Below are positions 15,490 to 24,823 of a stretch of 33,063 nucleotides of DNA, one piece after another. The stretch is from a bacterium (GTDB taxonomy: Bacteria; Acidobacteriota; Blastocatellia; HR10): positions 1 through 33,063 of the forward strand of contig JBEPZV010000030.1 of assembly GCA_041640655.1 (NCBI GenBank), given 5' to 3'. The first letter of the stretch is position 1, and the number at the start of each line of letters is the position of its first letter. The position numbers were made by a program, and so were the translations under genes. Under the pieces are notes generated by a model, which was not told the origin of the DNA, searched no databases, and saw only the letters and a list, made by a program, of their open reading frames with translations.

Positions 15490-17211
15490 TCATCGGCGCG
15501 CGGCAAGAGGGTGGATGCGCAACTCCTCGACGTTCCAAAGGAGGAAATCGGGGATGAGGCCAGGTTTGAGGTTCTCCACATGGGCCTTCGCCGCGACGAT
15601 CAGATCGCGAGCCACCAAGTAAATGAACGGCACGTGCTCTGCCATAATCTCCTGCACCCGATCGAAGAGCGCCTTTCGCCGTGCGGGATCGAATGTGCGC
15701 ATCTGTGCGTCCATCAGGTCGTCGATCTGTCGCTCCCATGCGGTGGCCGGAGCCTTCTGCCGGGGATACCACCAGTGGCTCGTCCCCCAACTGGGAAGGA
15801 CATTGTTGAGAGCCGAGGGATCTGTGTCCCCGAGCGCGAGCCCCAGCAGTCCGGCTTCATAGTCGAAGCTTTGTTCGAGGCGGGCGAACAAAGATTTCGC
15901 TTCCAGAGGTACGAGCTGGACGTGAAGGCCCACCTTCCTGAGATCCTCTTGGATCATCAACCCGAGGCGTTCGCGAATCGGATTTCCCGCAGTCGTCACA
16001 ATAGTGAAGGAGACTGGGCGTCCCTGTCGGTCTTCCAGTCGCCCATCACCGTCGCGGTCGGTCAGCCCCATCTCAGCCAGGAGAGTGCGGGCGCGAGTGG
16101 GATCATACGGATAGGTTCGCACCCTCGGGTTGTACCAGGGGCTTGAGGGGGGGACCGGTCCCCACACCGGAGTCGCCTTTCCTGAGAAAAGGACCTCGAC
16201 CAGGGCCTGACGATCAATGGCGAAGGCGATCGCTTGGCGGAATCGCACGTCTTGAAACCACGCCCGCTTCCACGGGGGGATGCGCGGCGCTTGCGGGTTC
16301 AGGTTGAACCACAGGACTTCGGAGATGAGGCTCGGACCGAGATCATGCACACGAACAGCGCGCGCCTCCATCTGAGGCTGCAATCGCGCGGCTTCCTCCG
16401 GCGTGATCGGAGCCAGAAGATCCAGCTCCCCTTGCTGGAACTTCAGGAATCGGGTGTTCCGATCGGGCACGATCAGGAAGAGGAGTTCATCCAAGTAAGG
16501 GAGCCGTCGCTTCTGCGCATCGCGCTTCCAGTAGTAGGGATTGCGCACGAGGACGGTCCGTTGTCCGGGCACATACTCTTTCAACATGAAGGGGCCAGCA
16601 CCGACGATTTCCGATGCCGGTGTGGAGAGTCCCCACACTGAACGGAAGCGCCCCTCTCGGTACGGCCGCTCCAGGCGATGTCGGGGCAGGATGAAGACCG
16701 CGTCAAACACGCGCTCTATCGGGGCATAGGCATAAGGGAGTGTGAATGTGAGCGTGAGCTCATCCTCGCGATGGATCGCGATCTTCCGCCCTCCAATTTT
16801 CAATAGGTCGGCCAGAGCGTTCGGCACGTTCGGGTCATAAATGACCTCGAACGTGAAGAGGACGTCGTCGGCTGTGAGTGGATGCCCATCGGAGAAGGCG
16901 AGTCCGTGCCGGAGTCGGAGGATCAGTTGCGTTCGATCCTTTGAGTAGCTGAGCGATTCGGCCAGTTCGAGTTCCGGCTGGCCTGTCTGCCGGTTGATCC
17001 GAATCAGCGGAGCCATCAGGCAACTGAGAATGCTCAAGCTCTCTTGATCGTCCGCGAAGAGCGGATTGAACGTCTTCGGCCCTGCGGCCTGGGCGACTAC
17101 CAAACGCCCCCCCGATCCCCCCGAGGATGGTGGAGAAGGAGCGCGATGGCAGGAAGCCGTCACGCTCACAAGCAGCAGGATCCCCAGTCGAGTGATCCTC
17201 GCGCTGTTCAT
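15490..17211 (-). CDS. Peptide/nickel ABC transporter substrate-binding lipoprotein (family 5, OppA/DppA-like)
   Basis: Lipobox-like VTASC; PKTFNP; FSDGHPLTADDVLFT; GAGPFML; RNPYYW; FRQAIAFAIDR. Confidence 0.92.
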   Translation of the reverse strand: MNSARITRLGILLLVSVTASCHRAPSPPSSGGSGGRLVVAQAAGPKTFNPLFADDQESLSILSCLMAPLIRINRQTGQPELELAESLSYSKDRTQLILRLRHGLAFSDGHPLTADDVLFTFEVIYDPNVPNALADLLKIGGRKIAIHREDELTLTFTLPYAYAPIERVFDAVFILPRHRLERPYREGRFRSVWGLSTPASEIVGAGPFMLKEYVPGQRTVLVRNPYYWKRDAQKRRLPYLDELLFLIVPDRNTRFLKFQQGELDLLAPITPEEAARLQPQMEARAVRVHDLGPSLISEVLWFNLNPQAPRIPPWKRAWFQDVRFRQAIAFAIDRQALVEVLFSGKATPVWGPVPPSSPWYNPRVRTYPYDPTRARTLLAEMGLTDRDGDGRLEDRQGRPVSFTIVTTAGNPIRERLGLMIQEDLRKVGLHVQLVPLEAKSLFARLEQSFDYEAGLLGLALGDTDPSALNNVLPSWGTSHWWYPRQKAPATAWERQIDDLMDAQMRTFDPARRKALFDRVQEIMAEHVPFIYLVARDLIVAAKAHVENLKPGLIPDFLLWNVEELRIHPLAARR

Positions 17212-17241
17212 CTTTGTCTCGTGCTAGCTTTGCACAGTAGC

Positions 17242-17269
17242 ATTATACGGCGAGATCGCGCGCTTTCAA
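17242..17269 (-). promoter_or_regulatory. Putative sigma70 promoter for the ABC binding-protein gene
   Basis: Minus strand TTGAAA-N16-TATAAT in the divergent intergenic gap. Confidence 0.55.
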
Positions 17270-17283
17270 GGAGGCGAACGATC

Positions 17284-18252
17284 ATGTGGATTCTTATGTT
17301 GCGGCGCAGCATCCAGGCGATCGGGTTGTTGAGCGCTCTCTCTTTCGTGACTTTTCTGGCGCTGGCCCTCACCCCGGGGGATCCGCTCGCCCAAATGGAA
17401 GGGCGTCTCTCCCTCTCTCCGGAAGTGCGCGAGGCGTGGCGCCGGCAGTGGGGGTGGGATCAGCCTGTCCTGGTTCGATACGGACGATGGCTCGCTCAGG
17501 TCGCGAGGGGGCACCTCGGGTATTCGATCGCGTACCAGATGCCGGTCTCGGAGGTGATCGGTGCGCGTCTGGGGGTGACGCTCTTGCTCACCATCGCGGC
17601 GAGCGTGATCGCGTGGGGAGTCGGCCTTCCGCTGGGGATCGTCGCCGCTCTTCGAGCCCACACCTGGGTTGATCGACTCCACGCGGTGCTCATGGCGGCG
17701 GCGTTCACGACGCCCCGATTCTTCCTGGCCTTAGTCGCGCTCCTCTTTGCGATGGTGACAGGATGGTTCCCCTTAGGGGGCCTTCACTCCCCGGGGATCG
17801 AAACGGCGCCCGCTGTCCCGCGGATCCTGGACGTGATCCATCATCTGGTGCTCCCGGCGCTGGTGCTCAGCGTGCACCCTCTGGCTGTGATCTCCACCCA
17901 CCTTCGGGGCGCGCTCGTGGAGGTTCTGCAGGCGGATTTCGTCCGCACCGCTCGCGCCAAGGGACTTCCGCCGTGGGTCCTCCTGTGGCGGCACGCGCTG
18001 CGTCCGGCGCTCGCTCCCATGATCGTGCTCCTCGGTTACTCCATTGGGAGCCTCTTGAGCGGCTCCGCGGTCGTCGAAACGGTCCTGGCCTGGCCCGGAC
18101 TCGGACAGCTCGCCGTCGAGGCGGCATTGGCCCGAGATCCGGATGTCCTCATGGCCGCTGTTCTCGCGAGTGGAGCCGCGTTGATATTCGGAAATGTCAT
18201 CGCCGATGTGCTCCTCATGCTGAACGATCCGCGCGCTCGCAGTGAGGTATGA
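17284..18252 (+). CDS. Peptide ABC transporter permease (OppB/DppB-like)
   Basis: PGDP, GWDQP..RY..WL, GHLGYS, HLVLPA, DFVRTARAKGL (EAA loop), VETVLAWPGLG. AAGGAGG SD before ATG 17284. Confidence 0.92.
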   Translation: MWILMLRRSIQAIGLLSALSFVTFLALALTPGDPLAQMEGRLSLSPEVREAWRRQWGWDQPVLVRYGRWLAQVARGHLGYSIAYQMPVSEVIGARLGVTLLLTIAASVIAWGVGLPLGIVAALRAHTWVDRLHAVLMAAAFTTPRFFLALVALLFAMVTGWFPLGGLHSPGIETAPAVPRILDVIHHLVLPALVLSVHPLAVISTHLRGALVEVLQADFVRTARAKGLPPWVLLWRHALRPALAPMIVLLGYSIGSLLSGSAVVETVLAWPGLGQLAVEAALARDPDVLMAAVLASGAALIFGNVIADVLLMLNDPRARSEV

Positions 18253-18256
18253 GCTG

Positions 18257-19384
18257 ATGGCTTCTGCATCAGGCTTCCGTCGGATATGGGCCCATCCGCG
18301 GGCACGCCGACTGTTGGTGGCTGCTCTGGGCGTTTCTCTGCTGGCGCTTTTGGCCGGATTTATCGCTCCGTATGATCCCCGGACTCAGGATCGAGAAGCC
18401 GTGAAGATGCCACCACATCGGTTGCGCTTTCGTGATGCCGAGGGGCGTCTCCATCTGCGCCCCTTCTTTCATCCCTGGCGCATTGTGGATCGGGCGCGCT
18501 GGCGATACGAAGAAGACCGATCGCGCCGCTATGAGCTGGTGTTCTTCGTTCGCGGGGAGCAAGCCCCGCTTTTCCTCGGCGTGAGGACCTCGTGGCATCT
18601 CTTCGGGGTCCGCTCTGCTCCTTCGGCGCGCCGGGCAGGTCTCTTCGATCGAGGGGATCGGGAACGCCCTCCGCGCTTTTATCTGCTGGGCACGGATCCG
18701 CTGGGGCGCGACGTTTTCTCCCGCCTCGTTCACGGCGCGCGCCCCGCGCTCTTGATCGCTTCGTTGAGCCTGGCCGGAGCCTTCCTCGTCGGATTCGTGC
18801 TTGGGGGGCTGGCCGGATACTACGGTGGGATTGGAGACGCCGCGCTGATGCGCATCGCTGAGCTGGTGGAATCCGTCCCCATTCTCTTCCTGCTCTTGGC
18901 CTGGCGCGCGGCCCTCCCACTGCAACTCTCGGTCGAGATGAGTCTCTTCACGTTGGTGGCCCTCTTTGTGCTCGTGAGTTGGGCGGCAGTCGCCCGTATC
19001 ACTCGCGGATGCGTGCTCTCGTTGAAGACGCAGGACTTTGTCCTGAGCGCGCTCGCTCTGGGAGCTGGTCCGGGGTGGATCTTGCGACGTCATCTCCTAC
19101 CGAATGCGCTCACGCCCGCGCTCATTCAAGCGACGGTCATGCTCCCCAGCTTCCTCTTAGGAGAAACCGCGCTCTCCTTCCTCGGACTCGGCGTTCCAGA
19201 ACCCGAGCCGAGTTGGGGGAATATGTTGACAGCCGCGCGGGATCTCTCTGTGCTCTACGCGCATCCATGGCTCCTCGCTCCGGGATTCGCCATTTGGGGA
19301 CTCGTTCTGCTCTTCACACAGCTTGGCGAGGCCGTCCGCGCTGCATCCGATCCCCGCTCTCCACACTCGGCGCCGCTCATGTGA
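18257..19384 (+). CDS. Peptide ABC transporter permease (OppC/DppC-like)
   Basis: APYDP, LLGTDPLGRDVFSRL, DFVLSALALGA, RHLLPN, ETALSFLGLG, PSWGNML. Start ATG 18257 (alternative GTG 18242). Confidence 0.92.
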   Translation: MASASGFRRIWAHPRARRLLVAALGVSLLALLAGFIAPYDPRTQDREAVKMPPHRLRFRDAEGRLHLRPFFHPWRIVDRARWRYEEDRSRRYELVFFVRGEQAPLFLGVRTSWHLFGVRSAPSARRAGLFDRGDRERPPRFYLLGTDPLGRDVFSRLVHGARPALLIASLSLAGAFLVGFVLGGLAGYYGGIGDAALMRIAELVESVPILFLLLAWRAALPLQLSVEMSLFTLVALFVLVSWAAVARITRGCVLSLKTQDFVLSALALGAGPGWILRRHLLPNALTPALIQATVMLPSFLLGETALSFLGLGVPEPEPSWGNMLTAARDLSVLYAHPWLLAPGFAIWGLVLLFTQLGEAVRAASDPRSPHSAPLM

Positions 19385-19448
19385 GGAAGTCGCTTGCCTC
19401 GTTCGGCAGCATGAGTTCTCGTGGGTTCGGACGTGGGGGGCATCACAT

Positions 19449-19470
19449 CTCCTGCTCTCTCGTGCAGGAG
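19449..19470. other. Intergenic inverted repeat (hairpin), possible terminator or processing stem
   Basis: CTCCTGC-N8-GCAGGAG downstream of the permease; no U-tract. Confidence 0.3.
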
Positions 19471-19515
19471 GGACAGTCACCCCTTTGAGGCCGTTGGCGC
19501 GGGCGGGGCGGATGC

Positions 19516-19545
19516 TTGACAAGGAGCGGACCGAAAGCGTAGTAT
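19516..19545 (+). promoter_or_regulatory. Putative sigma70 promoter for pgsA
   Basis: TTGACA-N18-TAGTAT about 30 bp upstream of the start. Confidence 0.5.
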
Positions 19546-19573
19546 CCCGCAGGGAACTCGCGCGAAGGGGGAT

Positions 19574-20317
19574 GTGTTGAACGCGCCGAATGCGGTGACA
19601 TTGCTCAGAATCTTCATCGTCCCGCTGCTGGTCGTCGTTTTGCTCACGCGCGTCTCGGAGGCCTGGTTCGGCGTCTCGCAGCGGTTGTTGGGCGTGGCCA
19701 TCTTTCTGGTGGCGGCCCTCACGGATTGGTTGGATGGATTTTTGGCGCGCCGCCGCCGTCAGGTCTCTCCGCTGGGCATGTTGCTCGATCCTCTGGCCGA
19801 CAAGCTCTTGATCTCGGCGGCCTTGATCGCGCTGGTGGACAATCGGCTCGCGCCGGCCTGGGCCGTGGTCATCATCATCGGGCGCGAATTCGCCGTGACG
19901 GGCTTGCGCAGCATGGCCGCGCACGAGGGTTTGGTGATCGTTCCCTCCCGGGTGGGGAAGTTCAAAATGCTCGCCGAGGTCGTCGCCGTCGCCTTGCTCA
20001 TCCTGAGCATGACCGATGAGGGGGGACCGCCGGTGACGCCCTATGCCGTTCCCGTCTTCTGGGAAGCCCCGGCTTTCGTCCACGTGCTCGCACGTTTCTC
20101 CGAGAGCGGGCATCTCTCGGCGCAGGATCTGCGCATCTTGCTCTACAGCGCGGGCCGCGCTGTCCTCTGGCTCGTCGTCGTCTCTTCGATCTGGTCCATG
20201 TATGGCTACTTCCGGCAGTTCTACACCTTCGTGCGTGCGTCGGCGCCATCACGCCAGCAGGTCGCTTCGGCCGGTGAAGATGCGGTCGCGCCGTCGTCCG
20301 GGCGAAGGCTCCGATGA
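19574..20317 (+). CDS. pgsA: CDP-diacylglycerol--glycerol-3-phosphate 3-phosphatidyltransferase
   Basis: NAPNAVTLLRI; CDP-alcohol phosphotransferase motif TDWLDGFLARR...G.LLDPLADK; IIGREFAVTGLR; GKFKM. Confidence 0.88.
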   Translation: MLNAPNAVTLLRIFIVPLLVVVLLTRVSEAWFGVSQRLLGVAIFLVAALTDWLDGFLARRRRQVSPLGMLLDPLADKLLISAALIALVDNRLAPAWAVVIIIGREFAVTGLRSMAAHEGLVIVPSRVGKFKMLAEVVAVALLILSMTDEGGPPVTPYAVPVFWEAPAFVHVLARFSESGHLSAQDLRILLYSAGRAVLWLVVVSSIWSMYGYFRQFYTFVRASAPSRQQVASAGEDAVAPSSGRRLR

Positions 20318-20318
20318 T

Positions 20319-21311
20319 TCACCTGTGGAAGAAGAGGCCCCAGTAGCTGTTCACCATCCAATGCAGAAGGGCTGCGATCGTCACCTTTCCCGTCCGCGCG
20401 TAAGCGAGCCCGTAGAACCATCCGGCGATGGTCGCGAGCACGACGTACACCCAGACCGGTTGATCGGGATTGTTGGCGTGAGCCAGGCCGAAGATGAGCG
20501 AAGCGAGCGCGAGCGCTCGGAGCGGATGCGCGCGGAAGCGCTGAACGAGGAGATTTTGGATCACGCCGCGGAAGAGCAGCTCTTCCGGGAGCGCGATCAA
20601 GAATGCCGTGCCCAGCAGAAGGACGCCGATTTCCGAAAGCGGTCGCATCCTCACCGAGGAGGCGGCGAACCCGGTCGGAATCGCCAGTGGGAGGGCGAAG
20701 AACACCACAAAGAGCGCGAAGTACACGAGGGCGCGCCTCACGTCCTCTCGCCCGAGAAGGAACGTGTATCCGATGTCCAGGCGGCGCACGGCGAGGAAGA
20801 GCACGAGCAACCAGGTCACGCCGATGAGCTTATCCAGGCCGATGCCCGGTCGTCGGGGGATTTCGGCCAGCGGCAGCCACTCGAATTCGATGGGGAACCA
20901 GAGGGCCAGAATGGCGAGCGCGTCCTGCCAGGTGAGTCCCTCCGCATTCGGACGCCGCAGCGTGAGCGAGAGGGCGGGGAGTGAGAGATACGCTGCGCAC
21001 GCCCCTATACTTCTCCAGTGGAATTGGCCGAGTCCGAAGGCCACAAGCGCCACAAGCGTCGTGAGGGCGAGCGCGAGGCCGAAGACGCGCGCGCGGCGGA
21101 TCGCATCGCCCACGTGGAGGAAGGCCGTGAGCCGCTCCCGCACGTCCGCGAGGCCCAGCAGGAGCATGGGCCAGAAAAAGAGCGCGAACGCGAGGAGCGC
21201 TCCAAGGCGGACGCGCCAGGACTCGTCCCTCAAGGTATAGAGGGAGAACGCCGCCGTCGTCACGAGGATGAGGAGGAGCACGATCCGTCTCTCTGGCGTC
21301 GTTGAAGGCAT
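20319..21311 (-). CDS. CPBP family (Abi/CAAX type II) intramembrane glutamic endopeptidase
   Basis: Multi-TM protein with motifs EELLFRG, FGLAH, LLHWMVN. Start 21311 (MPSTT) just after the SWIM gene stop; 21362 is an alternative. Confidence 0.85.
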   Translation of the reverse strand: MPSTTPERRIVLLLILVTTAAFSLYTLRDESWRVRLGALLAFALFFWPMLLLGLADVRERLTAFLHVGDAIRRARVFGLALALTTLVALVAFGLGQFHWRSIGACAAYLSLPALSLTLRRPNAEGLTWQDALAILALWFPIEFEWLPLAEIPRRPGIGLDKLIGVTWLLVLFLAVRRLDIGYTFLLGREDVRRALVYFALFVVFFALPLAIPTGFAASSVRMRPLSEIGVLLLGTAFLIALPEELLFRGVIQNLLVQRFRAHPLRALALASLIFGLAHANNPDQPVWVYVVLATIAGWFYGLAYARTGKVTIAALLHWMVNSYWGLFFHR

Positions 21312-21316
21312 TGGCG

Positions 21317-22474
21317 TCACGTTCGTTTCAGCAGGCGCTTTGCTCTCGCCGTCTCGCCCCATTCCTGATAGAGCGCGGCCAAGCGCTCGCGCAATCGCGG
21401 CGCTTTCGCGCCGAGCGCCTTGATCCCTTGTTCCCCCACGCGCATAGCCCGATCCGGGTAGTTCGTCGCCAAGTAATGATCGAACAGCTCCACGTAATCC
21501 TCTTCGGAGACCAGGCTCTTATGCCGGGCGGCCTCGTACTCTTCGATTCGACCTTCGAGGCGGCAGAGCCGGGCGAGCAGGGCATACGCGCCGGTATCCG
21601 ACCCGAGCCATTGCTCCTGCAAGACGGTGATGGCCTCCGCGCGTCGGCCCCAGCGTTCGGTCAACTTCAGCAGCGCCGGCTCAAGGAGCGCGCGCGCAGG
21701 GACGCGCGCCATGAGGAACAGTTCGGTCAGAGCGCGCACGAAGGATGTCGCGAGTTTCGGATCGCGTCCGAAGGCCTCGGCGTGGTGCTCGATGAGTTCG
21801 AGCGCGTGCGCGATAATGGGCGTCAGCTCCGCGTCCGGCCGATGCCGACGCACCTCGAGCGCGCGCTGGAGCGTCTCGCGCGCGATCGCAGCCGCAGGGG
21901 TGGGCTCAAAGGTCTTCGCCCATACGAGCAGATGCGCGATGCGCTCTTGGTTACGCCGAAGGCCTTCTTGGGAAGCCCGCAGCATGCCGCGAAACAGGTG
22001 CGCGATGCGCGCGGGGAGATGCTCCGGGCGCAGCGCCTCTTTCCATCGGTGAAGCGCCTCTTCGACCGCGCTGTTGGTTCGGCTCTCGTCACAGAGCACG
22101 TCGCGGAGGATGTCGGCCGGGACCGTCTCCAGCCACATGGCCAAAGAGGCGGCGCGATCCCCCATGGGCCTGCCTGGGCCGATCTCTTCGCGCCGATCGA
22201 GCCACGCGAAGAGGGCGGCCACCACGTGTTTGCAGACGCCCCAGCCATATGGGCACGAGCAGTGCGAATACAGCTCCTGGTCTTCGATCCATATCTCCAC
22301 GCGGTACGCGCGCTCCTGCTGGCCGCGGACGCGCGCCTGCAACCGATCCTCGGCCACAAGCTGCAGCTCGCGGACGCGGCCGCCGCGATAGTAGCTCCGC
22401 CCGCGTTCCAGGATGGCATCGCTGCCAGCGTACCACTCAATATCCCGGTGGCTGAGCGTCCAGAAGTCCGGCAT
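21317..22474 (-). CDS. SWIM zinc-finger domain protein with helical C-terminus
   Basis: ILERGRSYY..GRV, ARVRG, CSCPYGWGVCKHVVAAL (CxC...CxH). Start reassigned to ATG 22474 (MPDFW) with GAGG SD; the longer ORF is antisense to slt. Confidence 0.85.
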   Translation of the reverse strand: MPDFWTLSHRDIEWYAGSDAILERGRSYYRGGRVRELQLVAEDRLQARVRGQQERAYRVEIWIEDQELYSHCSCPYGWGVCKHVVAALFAWLDRREEIGPGRPMGDRAASLAMWLETVPADILRDVLCDESRTNSAVEEALHRWKEALRPEHLPARIAHLFRGMLRASQEGLRRNQERIAHLLVWAKTFEPTPAAAIARETLQRALEVRRHRPDAELTPIIAHALELIEHHAEAFGRDPKLATSFVRALTELFLMARVPARALLEPALLKLTERWGRRAEAITVLQEQWLGSDTGAYALLARLCRLEGRIEEYEAARHKSLVSEEDYVELFDHYLATNYPDRAMRVGEQGIKALGAKAPRLRERLAALYQEWGETARAKRLLKRT

Positions 22475-22549
22475 ACCTCTTCCGACCTGTTTGACCCATT
22501 CGTTCGGCCATTGGTATTGTATGTCATGAGTATGCGAGCGGAGAAGCGG

Positions 22550-24820
22550 ATGACCCGCATCGGGCGACATCGCGGGTGGGTGCTGATGATCAGCGGGATC
22601 GTCGCGCTGGTGGGGATATTTCCGGTCCCATCTCACGGGGGCGCTTCCGTTTGGTGGCAGTTCGTCGGGCAACCGACCGGAGACACGACGCGGGGCATGG
22701 CGGAGCTTCAGGCGCTCTGCTCGCGCGGGAGGGAACCCTCGGACGCCGAGCTGCAATCCGTAGAGCGGCGGCATCCGAACACGAAGGCGGCGGCGCTGGC
22801 GCGACTGCTGCGGGGGTATCGGAAGTACGCGAATCTGGAATACGCTGCGGCGGTGGACCTCCTTCGAGATCCGCTCATTCCGACCCGAACGCGGCTCGGG
22901 GATTACGCGCTCTTCTACTTGGCCAAGAGTCTTCTGGCTCTCGGCCGCGCGACGGAGGCCGAGGCGCAGTGGATGAAGCTCTGGCATTCTTATCCGAATT
23001 CGATCCATGCGCGCTCGGCGGTGCTGGAGGCGGCGCGTTCGGCGCTCAATCGCCGGGATGCGCGCGCGGCGATCCAGTATCTGACGCCTTTGGCGGACGC
23101 CGGAGATGTCGAGGCGCTGCTTGTGCAGGCCGAGGGGTATGAGCAGCTCGGTCAACGAGAGCGCGCGATCGCGCTCTACGAGCGCATTCACTTCGATCTG
23201 CCGCCTGTGCGCGCCAGTGCGCGCGCGCGCGCGCAGTTGCTGCGATTGGGTGTGGCCGTGGATGAGGTGGCGCGCTACCCGCTGGAGCGTGTGCGCGGGC
23301 GCGCTGATCGGCTCTACGCGTCCGGGGCCTTTGAAGAGGCGGCGCGGGCCTATCGAGCGCTGCTTGCCGCCTTCCCCGAGGCGGCGCGCGACGATGCGGT
23401 GATGCTTCGCTTCGGCATCAGCCTCTTGCGCAGCGGAGCTGTGGGAGAGGCGATCGCCACGCTCCTGCGCGTGAGCGATCGCGCCTCGGCAGAGCTGCAG
23501 GCGGAGGCGCTCTATCATCTGGCCGAAGGCTATCGGCGGCTCGGACGCGCCGCCCAGTTCCTGGAGACCAGTCAGCACCTGGTCAGGCGCTATCCCTCCA
23601 GTCCTTGGGCGGCTCGTGTCCTCTTCTCGCGCGCCCAATTTCACTTGAGAAACGGAGAGCGCGAGGCCGCGCTGGAGGCGTTCGAGCACCTCGTTCGCCT
23701 GCATCCCGATTCCGAATTCGCCCCGGAAGCGCTCTGGGCGATCGGATGGGATGCCTATCGTCGGCGGGCATACGAGCGAGCGGTGACGACGCTGCTTCGG
23801 ATCGTCGCGCGACATCCCCACGCCGAGGTCGTCGCTCAAGCCGCATACTGGGCGGCGCGCGCCGAGGAGAAGCGGGGACAGAGCGCCCGTGCGGCGCTTC
23901 TCTACGAGAAGATCGTCCAGCGATACCGCGATGCCTATTACGGACAATTGGCGCGGCAGCGCGCGGAACGCTTAAGCGCCCGTGGCGTCGCGCCCGTGGC
24001 GTCGCGACCGGCGCGGCGGCAGGGGGAGGTGGCCGCGAACGATCCGCTCTTTGATCAAGCGGTGACGAACCTGCGTCCCATTCGCGCCCCGGAGGAGACG
24101 GCCGGACCGACGACGCTCGAACGCGTGGAGAAGGCCGTCGAGCTGCGCGTGATTCGACTGGATGAGCTGGCGCTTGGCGAACTCACCGCTGCTCAACAGG
24201 AGGCGCCCACATCCCCGCGCGTGGCCCTGGAACTGGCTCGCCTCTGGCGAGATCGCGGTGATCCTCTGGCGGCCATCAACGCCTTGCGGCAGGCGCATCC
24301 CGAATATGCCGCCTATCGCGGCGATGAAGTGTCGGAGGAGGTCTTCCGCTTGCTCTTCCCTCTCACCCATTGGGAGGTGATTCGGCGGAATGCGCGCGCG
24401 CAGGGCCTGGACCCGTATGTGATCGCCGGGTTGATCCGTCAGGAATCGGGATTCCATCCGCGCGCGCGTTCGGTCGCCAACGCGCGCGGGCTGATGCAAC
24501 TGATCCCTTCGACGGGACGATTGGTCGCGCGGCGATACGGCCTGCGGCGCCTCTCTCCGGAGCGGTTGTACGATCCGGTCTTGAACATTCGCTTGGGAAC
24601 GGCATACTTCGCCGAACAGCTCCGGCGGTTCGGGCGGATCGAGTACGCCCTGGCGGCCTACAATGCCGGACCCGCGCGCGTCGCGCGATGGCTCACGGAG
24701 CTTCCCACCGAGGAGATGGATGAGTGGATCGAGAGCATTCCGATCACGGAGACGCGCCAGTATGTCAAGAGCGTGCTCCGCAACGTGGCGCATTATCGCC
24801 GAATCTACGGCGCATCCTGA
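22550..24820 (+). CDS. Soluble lytic transglycosylase (Slt70-like) with TPR/helical N-terminal region
   Basis: C-terminal SLT motifs IRQESGF, ARGLMQL, LAAYNAG, ETRQYV. N-terminal signal/TM then TPR repeats. Start about 22550 (22526 or 22532 possible). Confidence 0.9.
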   Translation: MTRIGRHRGWVLMISGIVALVGIFPVPSHGGASVWWQFVGQPTGDTTRGMAELQALCSRGREPSDAELQSVERRHPNTKAAALARLLRGYRKYANLEYAAAVDLLRDPLIPTRTRLGDYALFYLAKSLLALGRATEAEAQWMKLWHSYPNSIHARSAVLEAARSALNRRDARAAIQYLTPLADAGDVEALLVQAEGYEQLGQRERAIALYERIHFDLPPVRASARARAQLLRLGVAVDEVARYPLERVRGRADRLYASGAFEEAARAYRALLAAFPEAARDDAVMLRFGISLLRSGAVGEAIATLLRVSDRASAELQAEALYHLAEGYRRLGRAAQFLETSQHLVRRYPSSPWAARVLFSRAQFHLRNGEREAALEAFEHLVRLHPDSEFAPEALWAIGWDAYRRRAYERAVTTLLRIVARHPHAEVVAQAAYWAARAEEKRGQSARAALLYEKIVQRYRDAYYGQLARQRAERLSARGVAPVASRPARRQGEVAANDPLFDQAVTNLRPIRAPEETAGPTTLERVEKAVELRVIRLDELALGELTAAQQEAPTSPRVALELARLWRDRGDPLAAINALRQAHPEYAAYRGDEVSEEVFRLLFPLTHWEVIRRNARAQGLDPYVIAGLIRQESGFHPRARSVANARGLMQLIPSTGRLVARRYGLRRLSPERLYDPVLNIRLGTAYFAEQLRRFGRIEYALAAYNAGPARVARWLTELPTEEMDEWIESIPITETRQYVKSVLRNVAHYRRIYGAS

Positions 24821-24823
24821 GCG

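Noticed and set aside
21302..23947. Apparent 1172-aa Slt and 876-aa SWIM ORFs overlapping on opposite strands
   Set aside because: Each extension is the antisense shadow of the other gene; the real starts (22474 minus, about 22550 plus) are divergent and do not overlap.
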